This document shows positions 9,805 through 19,593 of a DNA stretch of 63,096 nucleotides, piece by piece. A program made the translations under genes and the position numbers. Where the stretch lies: assembly GCA_949295265.1 (NCBI GenBank), contig CASFKR010000004.1, forward strand, positions 1 to 63,096. The letters run 5' to 3'. Below the pieces are notes generated by a model. That model saw only the letters and a list, made by a program, of their open reading frames with translations, did no database searches and was not told the origin of the DNA. The DNA is from an uncultured Verrucomicrobiota bacterium (GTDB lineage Bacteria; Verrucomicrobiota; Kiritimatiellia; RFP12; UBA3636). Numbering within the stretch: the stretch's first letter is position 1; every line of letters begins with the position of its first letter.

Positions 9805-10995
9805 ATGAAAATTCTACATATGTGTCATGTGCCTGTCCCGGAGACGGAAAGTCAACGGTATAAAGCCCGGCGGGGACATCCGGGACGGTGGGCGCTCAAT
9901 CATGCCATCGCGCAAAAACAATCCGGGCTGGATGTGGAAGTCGTTTCCCTTGCGCATATGGCGAAGCAGGATTTCGATTGCGAAATCGACGGGATGCCGG
10001 TGCACTTTTTGCGAACCTTCCATCCCTGGCGTGATGTCACCTTTTATGCGATTGATCAAATCCGGTTGGCGCAGTTTGCCCGGCGGTTTCGTCCGGACAT
10101 CATTCATGCACATGGCACGGAGGACGCTTTTGCCCTGGGAGCGATTCGCTCGGGTATTCCGTTTTGTGTGACGGCACAAGGTCTGCTGACGGAAATCTTC
10201 CGGCGGATGGACACACATCCCAATCTTCATGAGCGGTGCATCCGCCGCTGTGAGCAGTACGCCTGGAAACGCGTCAAGTATGGTATCTGCAAAAGCCGAT
10301 ATGTTCAGGAGATTCTGCAGGCGGATTATCCTCATCTGGATACGACCCTGATTCCCAACACCTATCAGGCGAAACTGGATCCCGGCGATGCTGCAAGTAA
10401 GGATGGAGCGGCACGCGGGCATACTCTGGCGTTTGTCGGAACAATGGACCGGCGTAAGGGTGTTCACCTGATTGCCGACGCCATGACGGTTGTGAACCGT
10501 GAATTTCCGGATGTGACGCTCCATATCGCGGGTAACAAGACCAATGCGGATGCCCGTTCGGCTTATGAGGCAGAACAAATTCAGCGGCTACAGGAGACGC
10601 TTGGCGACCGGCTGGTTCTTCACGGTCATCTGGCTCCGGTGCAGCTCTTTTCGGTGTTGGATGAATGCGCGGCCCTCTTGGCCCCTTCCCTGGAGGAAAT
10701 GTTCGGGAATCAGCTGATTGAGGCGCTGATGCGCGGTGCGCATGGTATTGTTGCGGACGGAACGGCCATGGCGGAGAATGTCCGGCACTTCGGTAACGGC
10801 ACCATTGTTCCGCAACAGAATCCCGCAGTTCTGGCCGAAGCAATTTGCGCCGTTTTGCGTCAGCCGCCTGTTGCGTCACAGCAGGAGGCAGCCCGTCAGT
10901 CCATCCGGGACTATATGTCTCCCGCAGCCGTGGCGGAAAAGCACCGGGCCCTGTATGAGCGCATCCTGATGGAAAGTCGGACCGGCGTCCGTTAA
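9805..10995 (+). CDS. Glycosyltransferase family 4 (GT-B fold)
   Basis: 396 aa. Its C-terminal half carries the E-x7-E box (LEEMFGNQLIEALMRG) typical of retaining GT4 enzymes. Confidence 0.8.
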   Translation: MKILHMCHVPVPETESQRYKARRGHPGRWALNHAIAQKQSGLDVEVVSLAHMAKQDFDCEIDGMPVHFLRTFHPWRDVTFYAIDQIRLAQFARRFRPDIIHAHGTEDAFALGAIRSGIPFCVTAQGLLTEIFRRMDTHPNLHERCIRRCEQYAWKRVKYGICKSRYVQEILQADYPHLDTTLIPNTYQAKLDPGDAASKDGAARGHTLAFVGTMDRRKGVHLIADAMTVVNREFPDVTLHIAGNKTNADARSAYEAEQIQRLQETLGDRLVLHGHLAPVQLFSVLDECAALLAPSLEEMFGNQLIEALMRGAHGIVADGTAMAENVRHFGNGTIVPQQNPAVLAEAICAVLRQPPVASQQEAARQSIRDYMSPAAVAEKHRALYERILMESRTGVR

Positions 10996-11079
10996 CGGTG
11001 TTTCTGAGACGTTCGGACAGACGGTCATCGCGGTCCGTTCTTTTTGTTTAGGCGAGTCATTTTTTATGAGTATGGTGGC

Positions 11080-13611
11080 ATGACCGCAGAGCTGCAGAGA
11101 GGTGAAACCCGGGATGGGATCCCTGCGCAGATTGTGGTGCGGGGGGCACGCGTCCATAATCTGAAAAATGTGGATGTGGAGATTCCGCTCAACCGTATTG
11201 TCGGGATTGCAGGCGTATCCGGGTCTGGAAAGTCTTCTCTGGCGCTGGGGACGCTGTATGCGGAAGGATCCCGGCGCTATCTGGAGTCGCTTTCGACCTA
11301 TACACGGCGCCGGATGACGCAGGCAACCCGGGCTTCGGTGGATGAGGTGCTGTACATTCCGGCGGCGCTTGCCCTTCATCAGCGACCCGGTGTTCCGGGT
11401 ATGCGCAGCACATTCGGCACGGGAACAGAACTTCTGAACGTGCTCCGCCTCATGTTTTCCCGGCTGGGGCAGCATCTGTGCCCCAACGGACACCGCCTGC
11501 CGCCGACGCTCAAAGTAGCCGGTGAGCAGGAACTTTTCTGCGAGGTGTGCGGTGCAAAGGTCTCCCCGCCCGGCGCAGAGGGCCTTTCGTTCAACAGCGG
11601 CGGCGCCTGCCCCGCGTGCGAAGGGACGGGAATCGTGCGGACCGTTGATGAAAGCACCCTTGTTCCCGATGATTCCAAGAGCATCGATGAGGGAGCCGTT
11701 GCGCCGTGGCAGTCGCTCATGTGGTCGCTCATGAAGGATATTGCCCGCGATTTGGGGGTGCGCACGAATGTGCCTTTCCGTGAATTGACGGAGCGCGAGC
11801 GCGAACTGGTGCTGCATGGCCCGCCCGTGAAGCGGCATCTGGTCTATCAGAACCGGACTACCGGGGAGTCCGGCGAGATGGACTTCACGTATTTCAGCGC
11901 CGTGTATACGGTGGAAAATGCGCTTTCCCATGTGAAGGATGAGAAGGGAATGAAGCGGGTGGAAAAGTTCCTCAAGCAGTCGCCCTGCCCGGACTGCGGG
12001 GGTACGCGCCTGAGTGCGGCTGCCCGCGCGCCGCTCATCCGCGGTCTTTCGCTGGCGGACGTCTGCCGGATGACGCTTGCGGAGCTGGTGGACTGGGTGG
12101 CGGGCGTCCCAGCGGCCATGCCCGCTGAAATGCGTCCCATGGCGGAGAATATCTGCGCATCCTTCCGGGATGTCGCCCGCCGCCTTCTCGATTTGGGTCT
12201 GGATTATCTGACGCTGGACCGGGCGGCGTCCACGCTTTCCACGGGTGAGCGACAGCGGATGCAGTTGGCGCGGGCCGTGCGCAACCGCACCACGGGCGTG
12301 CTGTATGTGCTGGATGAGCCGTCCATTGGTCTGCATCCCGCCAATCTGGCGGGGCTTCAAGGCGTGATGGACGATCTGGTTGCGGACGGAAATTCCGTAG
12401 TTCTTGTCGATCACGATGTGAACGTGTTGCGCCATGCGGACTGGCTTGTGGAACTGGGACCCGGCGCCGGCGCCGACGGCGGCGAGGTGATCGCCCAGGG
12501 GAGCATTTCCGAAATCGAAGCCAATCCGCACTCCCGCATCGGTCCCTTCCTTTCCGGTGCCGCCGACGCGGCGCTTCATCATCCCTGTCCGCCGGAATCT
12601 CTGTTTTCCGAGGGGTGCCTCCGGCTGTCAACGGGGCCCATTCATACCGTTCAACCGCTGGAAGCCGCATTCCCAAAGGGCCGCCTCACGGTTATTTCGG
12701 GCGTTTCCGGCTCCGGGAAAACGACGCTTGTGCTTGAAAGTCTGATTCCGGCGCTCGAGGCGCAGATCAAGGGCGAAGCGCTTCCGGAACATATCCGCGC
12801 CATCGAAGCGGAAGGAATCCGGCAGGTGAAGCTCATCGATGCCACCCCCATCGGCATCAATGTGCGCTCCACGGTTGCCACCTATGCCGATGTGCACGAT
12901 GAACTCCGCAAAGTCTATGCGCGCACGCCGGACGCGAAGAAAGCCGGATACAAGGCGGGCGATTTTTCTTATAACACGGGGTCGCTCCGTTGCGCCGGTT
13001 GCGATGGCACGGGCTCCATCAGTCTCGATGTGCAGTTTCTTCCGGACGTGGTGATTCCTTGCCCGACCTGCGGTGGTTCGCGCTATTCGGAAGCAGCCGG
13101 AGCCATTCGTCGCGAGCCCAAGGGCGGCGGAAAAGCGTATTCGCTCACCGAACTGATGTCCATGAGCGTCGAGGAGGCGCTGCAGGCGTGTGCCGATTTG
13201 CCGCTTGTGCGGCGGCGTCTGCAGGTGCTCAGCGATTTGGGACTCGGGTATCTCACGCTCGGCGAAGAGACGCCCAGCCTCTCCGGCGGTGAGGCGCAGC
13301 GCCTCAAACTGGCCGAAGAGATGGGGAAGGGGCAGCGCGATTCCGTTTTTGTGTTTGATGAACCGACCATCGGACTCCATCCGCTGGATGTGCGTACGCT
13401 TCTTTCCGTGTTTGAGACACTTCTCGCGCAAGGTGCTACCATTGTTGTGATCGAGCACGATCTGGATGTGATCCGCAGTGCCGATTACCTCATCGACATG
13501 GGACCGGGTGGCGGTGACCGCGGTGGCCGGATTGTCTACCAGGGACCTCCCGACCGGCTTGCCGGTTGTCCCGAAAGCCGTACGGCTCCCTTTTTGCGGA
13601 TTGCCCGGTAA
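11080..13611 (+). CDS. UvrA-family ABC ATPase paralog lacking the UvrB-binding domain (class II UvrA-like)
   Basis: GARVHNLKNVDVEIPLNRIVGIAGVSGSGKSSLA (Walker A), a second VISGVSGSGKTTL, two LSGGE signature motifs, and Zn-finger Cys pairs. Only about 30 aa separate the first CP..H knuckle from LSFNSGGACPACEGTG, whereas canonical UvrA has about 150 aa there. Confidence 0.85.
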   Translation: MTAELQRGETRDGIPAQIVVRGARVHNLKNVDVEIPLNRIVGIAGVSGSGKSSLALGTLYAEGSRRYLESLSTYTRRRMTQATRASVDEVLYIPAALALHQRPGVPGMRSTFGTGTELLNVLRLMFSRLGQHLCPNGHRLPPTLKVAGEQELFCEVCGAKVSPPGAEGLSFNSGGACPACEGTGIVRTVDESTLVPDDSKSIDEGAVAPWQSLMWSLMKDIARDLGVRTNVPFRELTERERELVLHGPPVKRHLVYQNRTTGESGEMDFTYFSAVYTVENALSHVKDEKGMKRVEKFLKQSPCPDCGGTRLSAAARAPLIRGLSLADVCRMTLAELVDWVAGVPAAMPAEMRPMAENICASFRDVARRLLDLGLDYLTLDRAASTLSTGERQRMQLARAVRNRTTGVLYVLDEPSIGLHPANLAGLQGVMDDLVADGNSVVLVDHDVNVLRHADWLVELGPGAGADGGEVIAQGSISEIEANPHSRIGPFLSGAADAALHHPCPPESLFSEGCLRLSTGPIHTVQPLEAAFPKGRLTVISGVSGSGKTTLVLESLIPALEAQIKGEALPEHIRAIEAEGIRQVKLIDATPIGINVRSTVATYADVHDELRKVYARTPDAKKAGYKAGDFSYNTGSLRCAGCDGTGSISLDVQFLPDVVIPCPTCGGSRYSEAAGAIRREPKGGGKAYSLTELMSMSVEEALQACADLPLVRRRLQVLSDLGLGYLTLGEETPSLSGGEAQRLKLAEEMGKGQRDSVFVFDEPTIGLHPLDVRTLLSVFETLLAQGATIVVIEHDLDVIRSADYLIDMGPGGGDRGGRIVYQGPPDRLAGCPESRTAPFLRIAR

Positions 13612-13661
13612 TCCCATGTCTCATTCGTCCCATTTGGCTCGTTTCTGCACTCAATTGAACC

Positions 13662-13850
13662 ATGAAAACATTTTATCGCTCCACGAAGGATAAATGGATT
13701 TCCGGCGTCTGCGGCGGTCTCGGAGAGCATTTTTCTCAGGATCCGCTCCTCATTCGCATTCTTTTCATTGTTCTCTCTCTGCTGTCGGGTATCGGCATTG
13801 TTCTCTACCTTCTGCTGTGGATTCTGGCACCCGTAAATCCGGAAACCTGA
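13662..13850 (+). CDS. PspC-domain membrane protein
   Basis: 62 aa. KWISGVCGGLGEHF... followed by one TM helix (ILFIVLSLLSGIGIVLYLLLWIL), the classic PspC domain signature. Confidence 0.75.
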   Translation: MKTFYRSTKDKWISGVCGGLGEHFSQDPLLIRILFIVLSLLSGIGIVLYLLLWILAPVNPET

Positions 13851-13872
13851 AAAGAAAAAGAAGTGTTTCCGT

Positions 13873-14667
13873 ATGCGAGGGCGTCTGGGATTTTTCATGC
13901 TTCGGGGGCGGTTGTTGCTTCTTCTTGCTGTGGGTTGCGTGACGGTCGGTTGCGCGTCTTTCGGCACGGGACGGCGGTTCCGGGTTTATCCGAATGGAGA
14001 CCGCGTGCTGGCGGATGTCCCGCCCGCCATTCAGGCATCTCCGCGGCATTGCGCCCCAGCCACGCTCTCCCGCGCACTGGCATGGGAGGGCGTTCCGATT
14101 CCGCAGTCGAATCTCGCTCTCTTCGGAGGTGCTTCGCAGGAAAAAGGCGTTTCCGTCATGGATTTTTACGAAGCGCTCCAGCCGCTGTTCCGCGATTACG
14201 GCATTGTGTTGCAGACGCATGCGGTGCGGACCGCCGCAGAGGCGCTTGCGCTGGCGGAGCGGCACAATGCGGCGGCCCGGGCGGATGGGCTCCCGGAGCT
14301 CCGCATTCCGGAGAGCCGCGACGCCCTCGATCTGGGTGTCCTTTTCCTCGGGGCGGACCGCGATTGCCTGCGCGTGGCTTCCCGGCCCGGGCGCGGGCGG
14401 TTCCTCGCCGCTGTTGAAACTGAAATTTCCCGGGGGCATCCGCTTCTCTGGGGCGTCATTCTCGGCATCGTCCCGGAGCCCGCGGAAAGTCCGCCTGGCG
14501 GACATCTGCGCCTGATTGTCGGGTATAATGCGGAAGAACGGACGATTCTCTATTCGGATTCCTGGGGGCCGGACTGCCCTGTAAAGGTCATGGACGCAGA
14601 TGATGCGTGGGCCATTACCATGACGCTTCATTCCCTGGACTGCTCCGGCGCCCGTTCCATTCCCTGA
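13873..14667 (+). CDS. Lipoprotein with papain-like (C39/BtrH-like) cysteine-peptidase features
   Basis: Lipobox-like LLAVGCVTVGC. Candidate nucleophile in ASPRHCAPATLSRAL and candidate His in GGHLRLIVGYN. The family assignment is tentative. Confidence 0.5.
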   Translation: MRGRLGFFMLRGRLLLLLAVGCVTVGCASFGTGRRFRVYPNGDRVLADVPPAIQASPRHCAPATLSRALAWEGVPIPQSNLALFGGASQEKGVSVMDFYEALQPLFRDYGIVLQTHAVRTAAEALALAERHNAAARADGLPELRIPESRDALDLGVLFLGADRDCLRVASRPGRGRFLAAVETEISRGHPLLWGVILGIVPEPAESPPGGHLRLIVGYNAEERTILYSDSWGPDCPVKVMDADDAWAITMTLHSLDCSGARSIP

Positions 14668-14718
14668 TTTCATCGTTTTCTTTTTCACACGATTCAGTTC
14701 AACTTCATTGCTGCAGCC

Positions 14719-15123
14719 ATGAAAAATACGGTTCTTGGTGCCACTGGTATCGCCCATGTCGCATTGGTTTGCGACCATTTTGATGAGACCATCGCATTCT
14801 ATGAGCGCCTGGGCGCAACCCGTCAGCCCGGTTGGGGAGAAGGCAAGGGGCGTATTCAGCTTCTGGACATAGCCGGTGGCGCCTGCCTGGAACTTTTCGC
14901 CTGGGGCGACGGCACGGCGGCACCCAACGGCCGCTGGGTGCACGTTGCGTTGGCAGTCGACGATGTCGACATCGCTTTCAAGAACGCGCTTGCGGCCGGT
15001 GCGAAGGAAAAGGGCGCACCCCGGGTGGTGGAAATTCAGTCGACGATGGGTCCGCGCAAAATCAACTGCGCCTTTGTCATTGGTCCCGAAGGCGAAGAAC
15101 TCGAATTCTTCCGCTTCCTCTGA
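14719..15123 (+). CDS. VOC/glyoxalase I family protein
   Basis: 134 aa. GIAHVALVCDHFDETIAFYERLG ... WVHVALAVDDVD ... two paired beta-alpha-beta-beta-beta modules. Confidence 0.8.
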   Translation: MKNTVLGATGIAHVALVCDHFDETIAFYERLGATRQPGWGEGKGRIQLLDIAGGACLELFAWGDGTAAPNGRWVHVALAVDDVDIAFKNALAAGAKEKGAPRVVEIQSTMGPRKINCAFVIGPEGEELEFFRFL

Positions 15124-15229
15124 GCTGAAGCCCGGAGAATTCCGTGAGGAGGCCCCCCCGTTTATTCCCTTGCATGGTTGGCGGTTCTTCGTTGACGCCG
15201 CCTGTTTCTCCCCCGCAACAATAGGCTGC

Positions 15230-16747
15230 ATGTACGTCGAAAAAGTTCCCCATCGCGGTTCCCGCCCCGCCAGTCTCCTGCGTGAAGCGAAACGCGAGGG
15301 GAAAAAGACCGTCAAGCGTACAATCGCCAATTTGTCGAAACTTCCCGATGAGGCGATTGATGCTTTGCGACTCATCCTCAAGGGCGTTGCTCTCTGCGAT
15401 GCGTCAACGGCTTTCGCGGTGAAATCCTCCGTTCCGTGCGGGCATGTCCATGCCGTCCGGTTGGTCATGAACCACCTCGGAATGGCGGAGTTGATTTCGC
15501 CGGAACCCAGCAGAGAACGGAACCTCATACTGGCCCTGATTACCCAACGGCTTGTCAATCCCAGCTCTCAACTCGAATCTGTCAAGCAGCTGTTTGACAC
15601 GTCGATTGGAACGGATTTCGAGCTTTCTCCTGAGACGGATGAAGACGCGATTGACGGGGCGATGGGCTGGCTGCTCGGGCAACGGACTCACTTGGAGAAA
15701 AGGCTCGCGGCCAGACATCTCTCGAACGGGGCGACGCCTTTCTATTATCTGTCGAGTTCCTCCTGCCCCGGAACGGGTTCCAGCCTCGCTGAATGGTGGG
15801 ACGACTGGGGCGGTCTGAAGCCGCCTGCGGTTGCGTACGGGTTGCTGACGGATGCGGAAGGACGCCCCGTCTCGATACGGGTTCATGCGGAAAACTCGAC
15901 CGATCCAGTTCCCGTTCTGGTCCGGAAACTCCGGAAAGCATTCGGGCTGGAACGGGTTGTATGGGTCGGCGGGTGTGGAACGTTGACGGGGGCGCGGATT
16001 CAGGAACTGCGCAAGACCGGGGTGTCAGGCTGGGTCTCATGCCTCCGGTCGGGCGATGTGAGCAAGCTGTTTCCGGAGGACGGTTCTTCAGGAATTCCGC
16101 TGTCCCCGCCAGAGAAGCCGATGGAGATTTCCCATCCGGATTTTCCCGGCGAAAGGCTGATTGTATGCGTCAAACCATCCCGCAAAGCGAGGGAGGCACG
16201 CACCCGAAACGACGTGCATGTGATTCGCACGAGCGAGCCGGCCGAGCGACTTCCGGCTGCGGATGCCGTTCGGGCTTACAAGGCGCTGGGAAACATCGGA
16301 AAGGGGCTCCGCATCTTCGATGGAATTGATATTCAGGCCTGCCCGGGCCGGAATCAGGTTTCTGACAGGATGCGCGCACACATTTTTCTGTGTATGCTGA
16401 CCTGGTATGTCGAGTGGCATATGCGGCGCGCTCTTTCGTCCCTTTTGTATGGTAAGGGTGACCTGTCCGGGGCGCGGGCAGCGCAAACTCCAGTCGCGAA
16501 GGCGGCAACCGCGATGGAGTCGAAGCGCAGGAAACGAACCTCGGCAACCGGGTTCGAATTGCAAAGCTGGCGAGGCCTGATATCCGCTCTTGGCGCGCAG
16601 TGCCGCATAATGGTAGAGACCAACGGTGTCCTGTCTGCGAAGGATGCAGAGCCGAACGCCTTCCAGGCGGAAGTTTTCCGACTTCTGAGCGAAGATTCTC
16701 CGCTGTGGGGACCGGAACGGGAACCCCCCGGCGGAAGAAACGCATAA
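15230..16747 (+). mobile_element. Decayed IS1634-family (IS4-like DDE) transposase gene, probably inactive relic
   Basis: N-terminus MYVEKVPHRGSRPASLLREAKREGKKTVKRTIANLSKLPDEAIDALRLILKG matches the IS1634-type N-terminus as I remember it. YGLLTDAEGRPV and RMRAHIFLCMLTWYVEWHMRRAL blocks are present. The positions expected for the DDE residues read YYLSS, VGGCG and GNIGKGL. No clear terminal inverted repeats were seen in 15124-15229 or 16748-16808. Confidence 0.65.
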
Positions 16748-16808
16748 CCCCGCATGAAGAGCGGAGAATCCACTATCCGGACTGTCGCAATTCCGCTGGA
16801 ACTTCGGG

Positions 16809-17776
<968 letters not shown>

Positions 17777-17780
<4 letters not shown>

Positions 17781-18844
17781 GCGTCCGGCTCCTTGTTGAG
17801 GCGGTCTTGAAGCTCCTTGATTTGCGCTTTGAGTTTCGTCACTTCCTCTTTGAGATTTTCCACTGCGCGCGGCATATGGAAAATCCGGAGGGCTTCGCGT
17901 TTGGGGACGGCCGGCGAGCCGATGTACTGACCCGGGGTGCGCAAATCGCCCGGCACACCGGCATTGGCCAGCACTTCAACGCCATCGGCGATGGTGAGGT
18001 GCCCGGCAACGCCGACCTTGCCCCAGAGCATGACGCCCGTTCCGAGATGCGTGGAACCGGCAATGCCGACCTGCGAAACGATGCCGCAGCAGGGACCCGT
18101 GCGCACGTTGTGCCCGATCTGGACGAGATTGTCGATTTTCGTATCGTGTCCGATCCGCGTCGCACCGAAGCGGGCGCGGTCGATGGTTGTGTTGGCGCCG
18201 ATTTCGACGTCGTCTTCAATTTCGACGATGCCGAGCTGCGGGATTTTCTCGATGCGGATGCCCTGCGGGGTGACAGACGTCGCATACCCGTAGCCATCGG
18301 CGCCGATGACGGTGCCGTTGTGGATGGTCACGCGCTTGCCGAGGCGGCAGCGTTCCCGGATGGAAACCATCGGGTAGAGATGCACGTCATCCCCGAGAAC
18401 GCATTCTTCGCCCACAACGACATGGGCTTCCACGATGACGCGCGCGCCCAGCGTCGCCCCGTCGCCGATGACGGCATAGGGACCGATATAAACGCCTTCG
18501 CCGAGCGTTACATTTTCGCCGACCACGGCGGTCGGGTGAATCCCGGGCTTGCGCTGAATCGGCGGCAGGGTGAAATGCGGCACCGCCGCGGCGAACGCCT
18601 TGTCGGGCGAGTCGACGCGCACGAGAACGCACGTCTCGGGTGCCGCGCCAGCGTAGTCGTTCGGCACGAAAACAGCCGACGCGCGGGTGGTTTCCACCTG
18701 GCGCGTATACTTGGGGTTGGCGAGGAAGGAGAGGTCTCCCGGCAGTGCGTCATGGAGCGAGGCGATGCCGGTGATATCCGGGTCGGCCGCATGTTCCGCA
18801 ACGGATGCGTTGCCGATGATGGGCAGGAGGGCAGAAAGTTTCAT
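17777..18844 (-). CDS. lpxD: UDP-3-O-acylglucosamine N-acyltransferase
   Basis: 355 aa. N-terminal LpxD domain (DLSFLANPKY), then a long hexapeptide-repeat left-handed beta-helix. Four-nt overlaps with skp and galE. Confidence 0.9.
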
Positions 18845-19515
18845 TCTTGATTCGCCTCGCGGTTGAGCGCGGCCTCGCGGCGCGTCGCCATTTCCTCAAG
18901 TGCCTTGCGGGATTCCTCCAGCGCCTTTTCGGCGGTGGCGCGGTCACCCTTGGTGCGGGCAATGAGTTTGTCCGTCAAATCCACGGATTCCGTGCTGTAA
19001 ACAACTGCGGGAATGGGGAAAACAGGACGTTCCAGGGAAGAATCCAGCACGATGGCATAGCCTTCTTCAGCGGCCAGTTTCCGGAGCTCGGCGTTGATAT
19101 CCTGAAGGACGCCGCCCACGCATTCATCCTGGCGTTTGCGAATCTGCTTTTCCATGTCCGCAAGAGTCCGGCGATACGTGGCTTCCGCATTGCGGGCGGC
19201 TGCGGCGGCCTGATTCAGGGTATCGACGGCTTCCCGCTTCCGCAAATCCGTGTAAATGGGATTGTTCTGCGCTTCGCGAGCCTGCTGTTCTGCCCCGCGG
19301 AAATTGTCAACCGCCTTTTTGTAGGCTTCTTCAGCTTTGCGCGCCTCGCCTTCGAGTTTATCTCCGAGGTCGCGGAGATACTTGTTGTTTTCGGAGGTCT
19401 GGGGGTGAGCGAGAAGGACAATCTCCATATTGACGACGCCGATTTTCGTCTGGGCGGAGAGTGCCGGGACGAAGACGGAAGCGAGCAAGAGGAGAGAAAG
19501 CAGAATGCGTTGCAT
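18841..19515 (-). CDS. skp: OmpH/Skp-family periplasmic chaperone
   Basis: Signal peptide (LLLLASVFVPALSAQ), then KIGVVNME..., a long coiled-coil-rich body, and a position directly upstream of lpxD. Confidence 0.8.
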   Translation of the reverse strand: MQRILLSLLLLASVFVPALSAQTKIGVVNMEIVLLAHPQTSENNKYLRDLGDKLEGEARKAEEAYKKAVDNFRGAEQQAREAQNNPIYTDLRKREAVDTLNQAAAAARNAEATYRRTLADMEKQIRKRQDECVGGVLQDINAELRKLAAEEGYAIVLDSSLERPVFPIPAVVYSTESVDLTDKLIARTKGDRATAEKALEESRKALEEMATRREAALNREANQE

Positions 19516-19593
19516 GGGGAGCGGATTCCTTGGATAAGGGATGGAAAATCAGTTGCGCGCGACGGGCGGAATCTGGCACGTCGCGCGCAGAGG

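Noticed and set aside
14876-15229. N-terminal 118-aa extension of the transposase ORF in the track
   Set aside because: It overlaps the 3' part of the VOC gene in another frame and has no similarity to transposase N-termini. The family-typical N-terminus MYVEKVPHRG... starts at 15230.
16545-16565. gggttcgaatt, a tRNA T-loop-like string
   Set aside because: It lies inside the transposase ORF. No acceptor or anticodon arms can be drawn around it, so it is not a tRNA.
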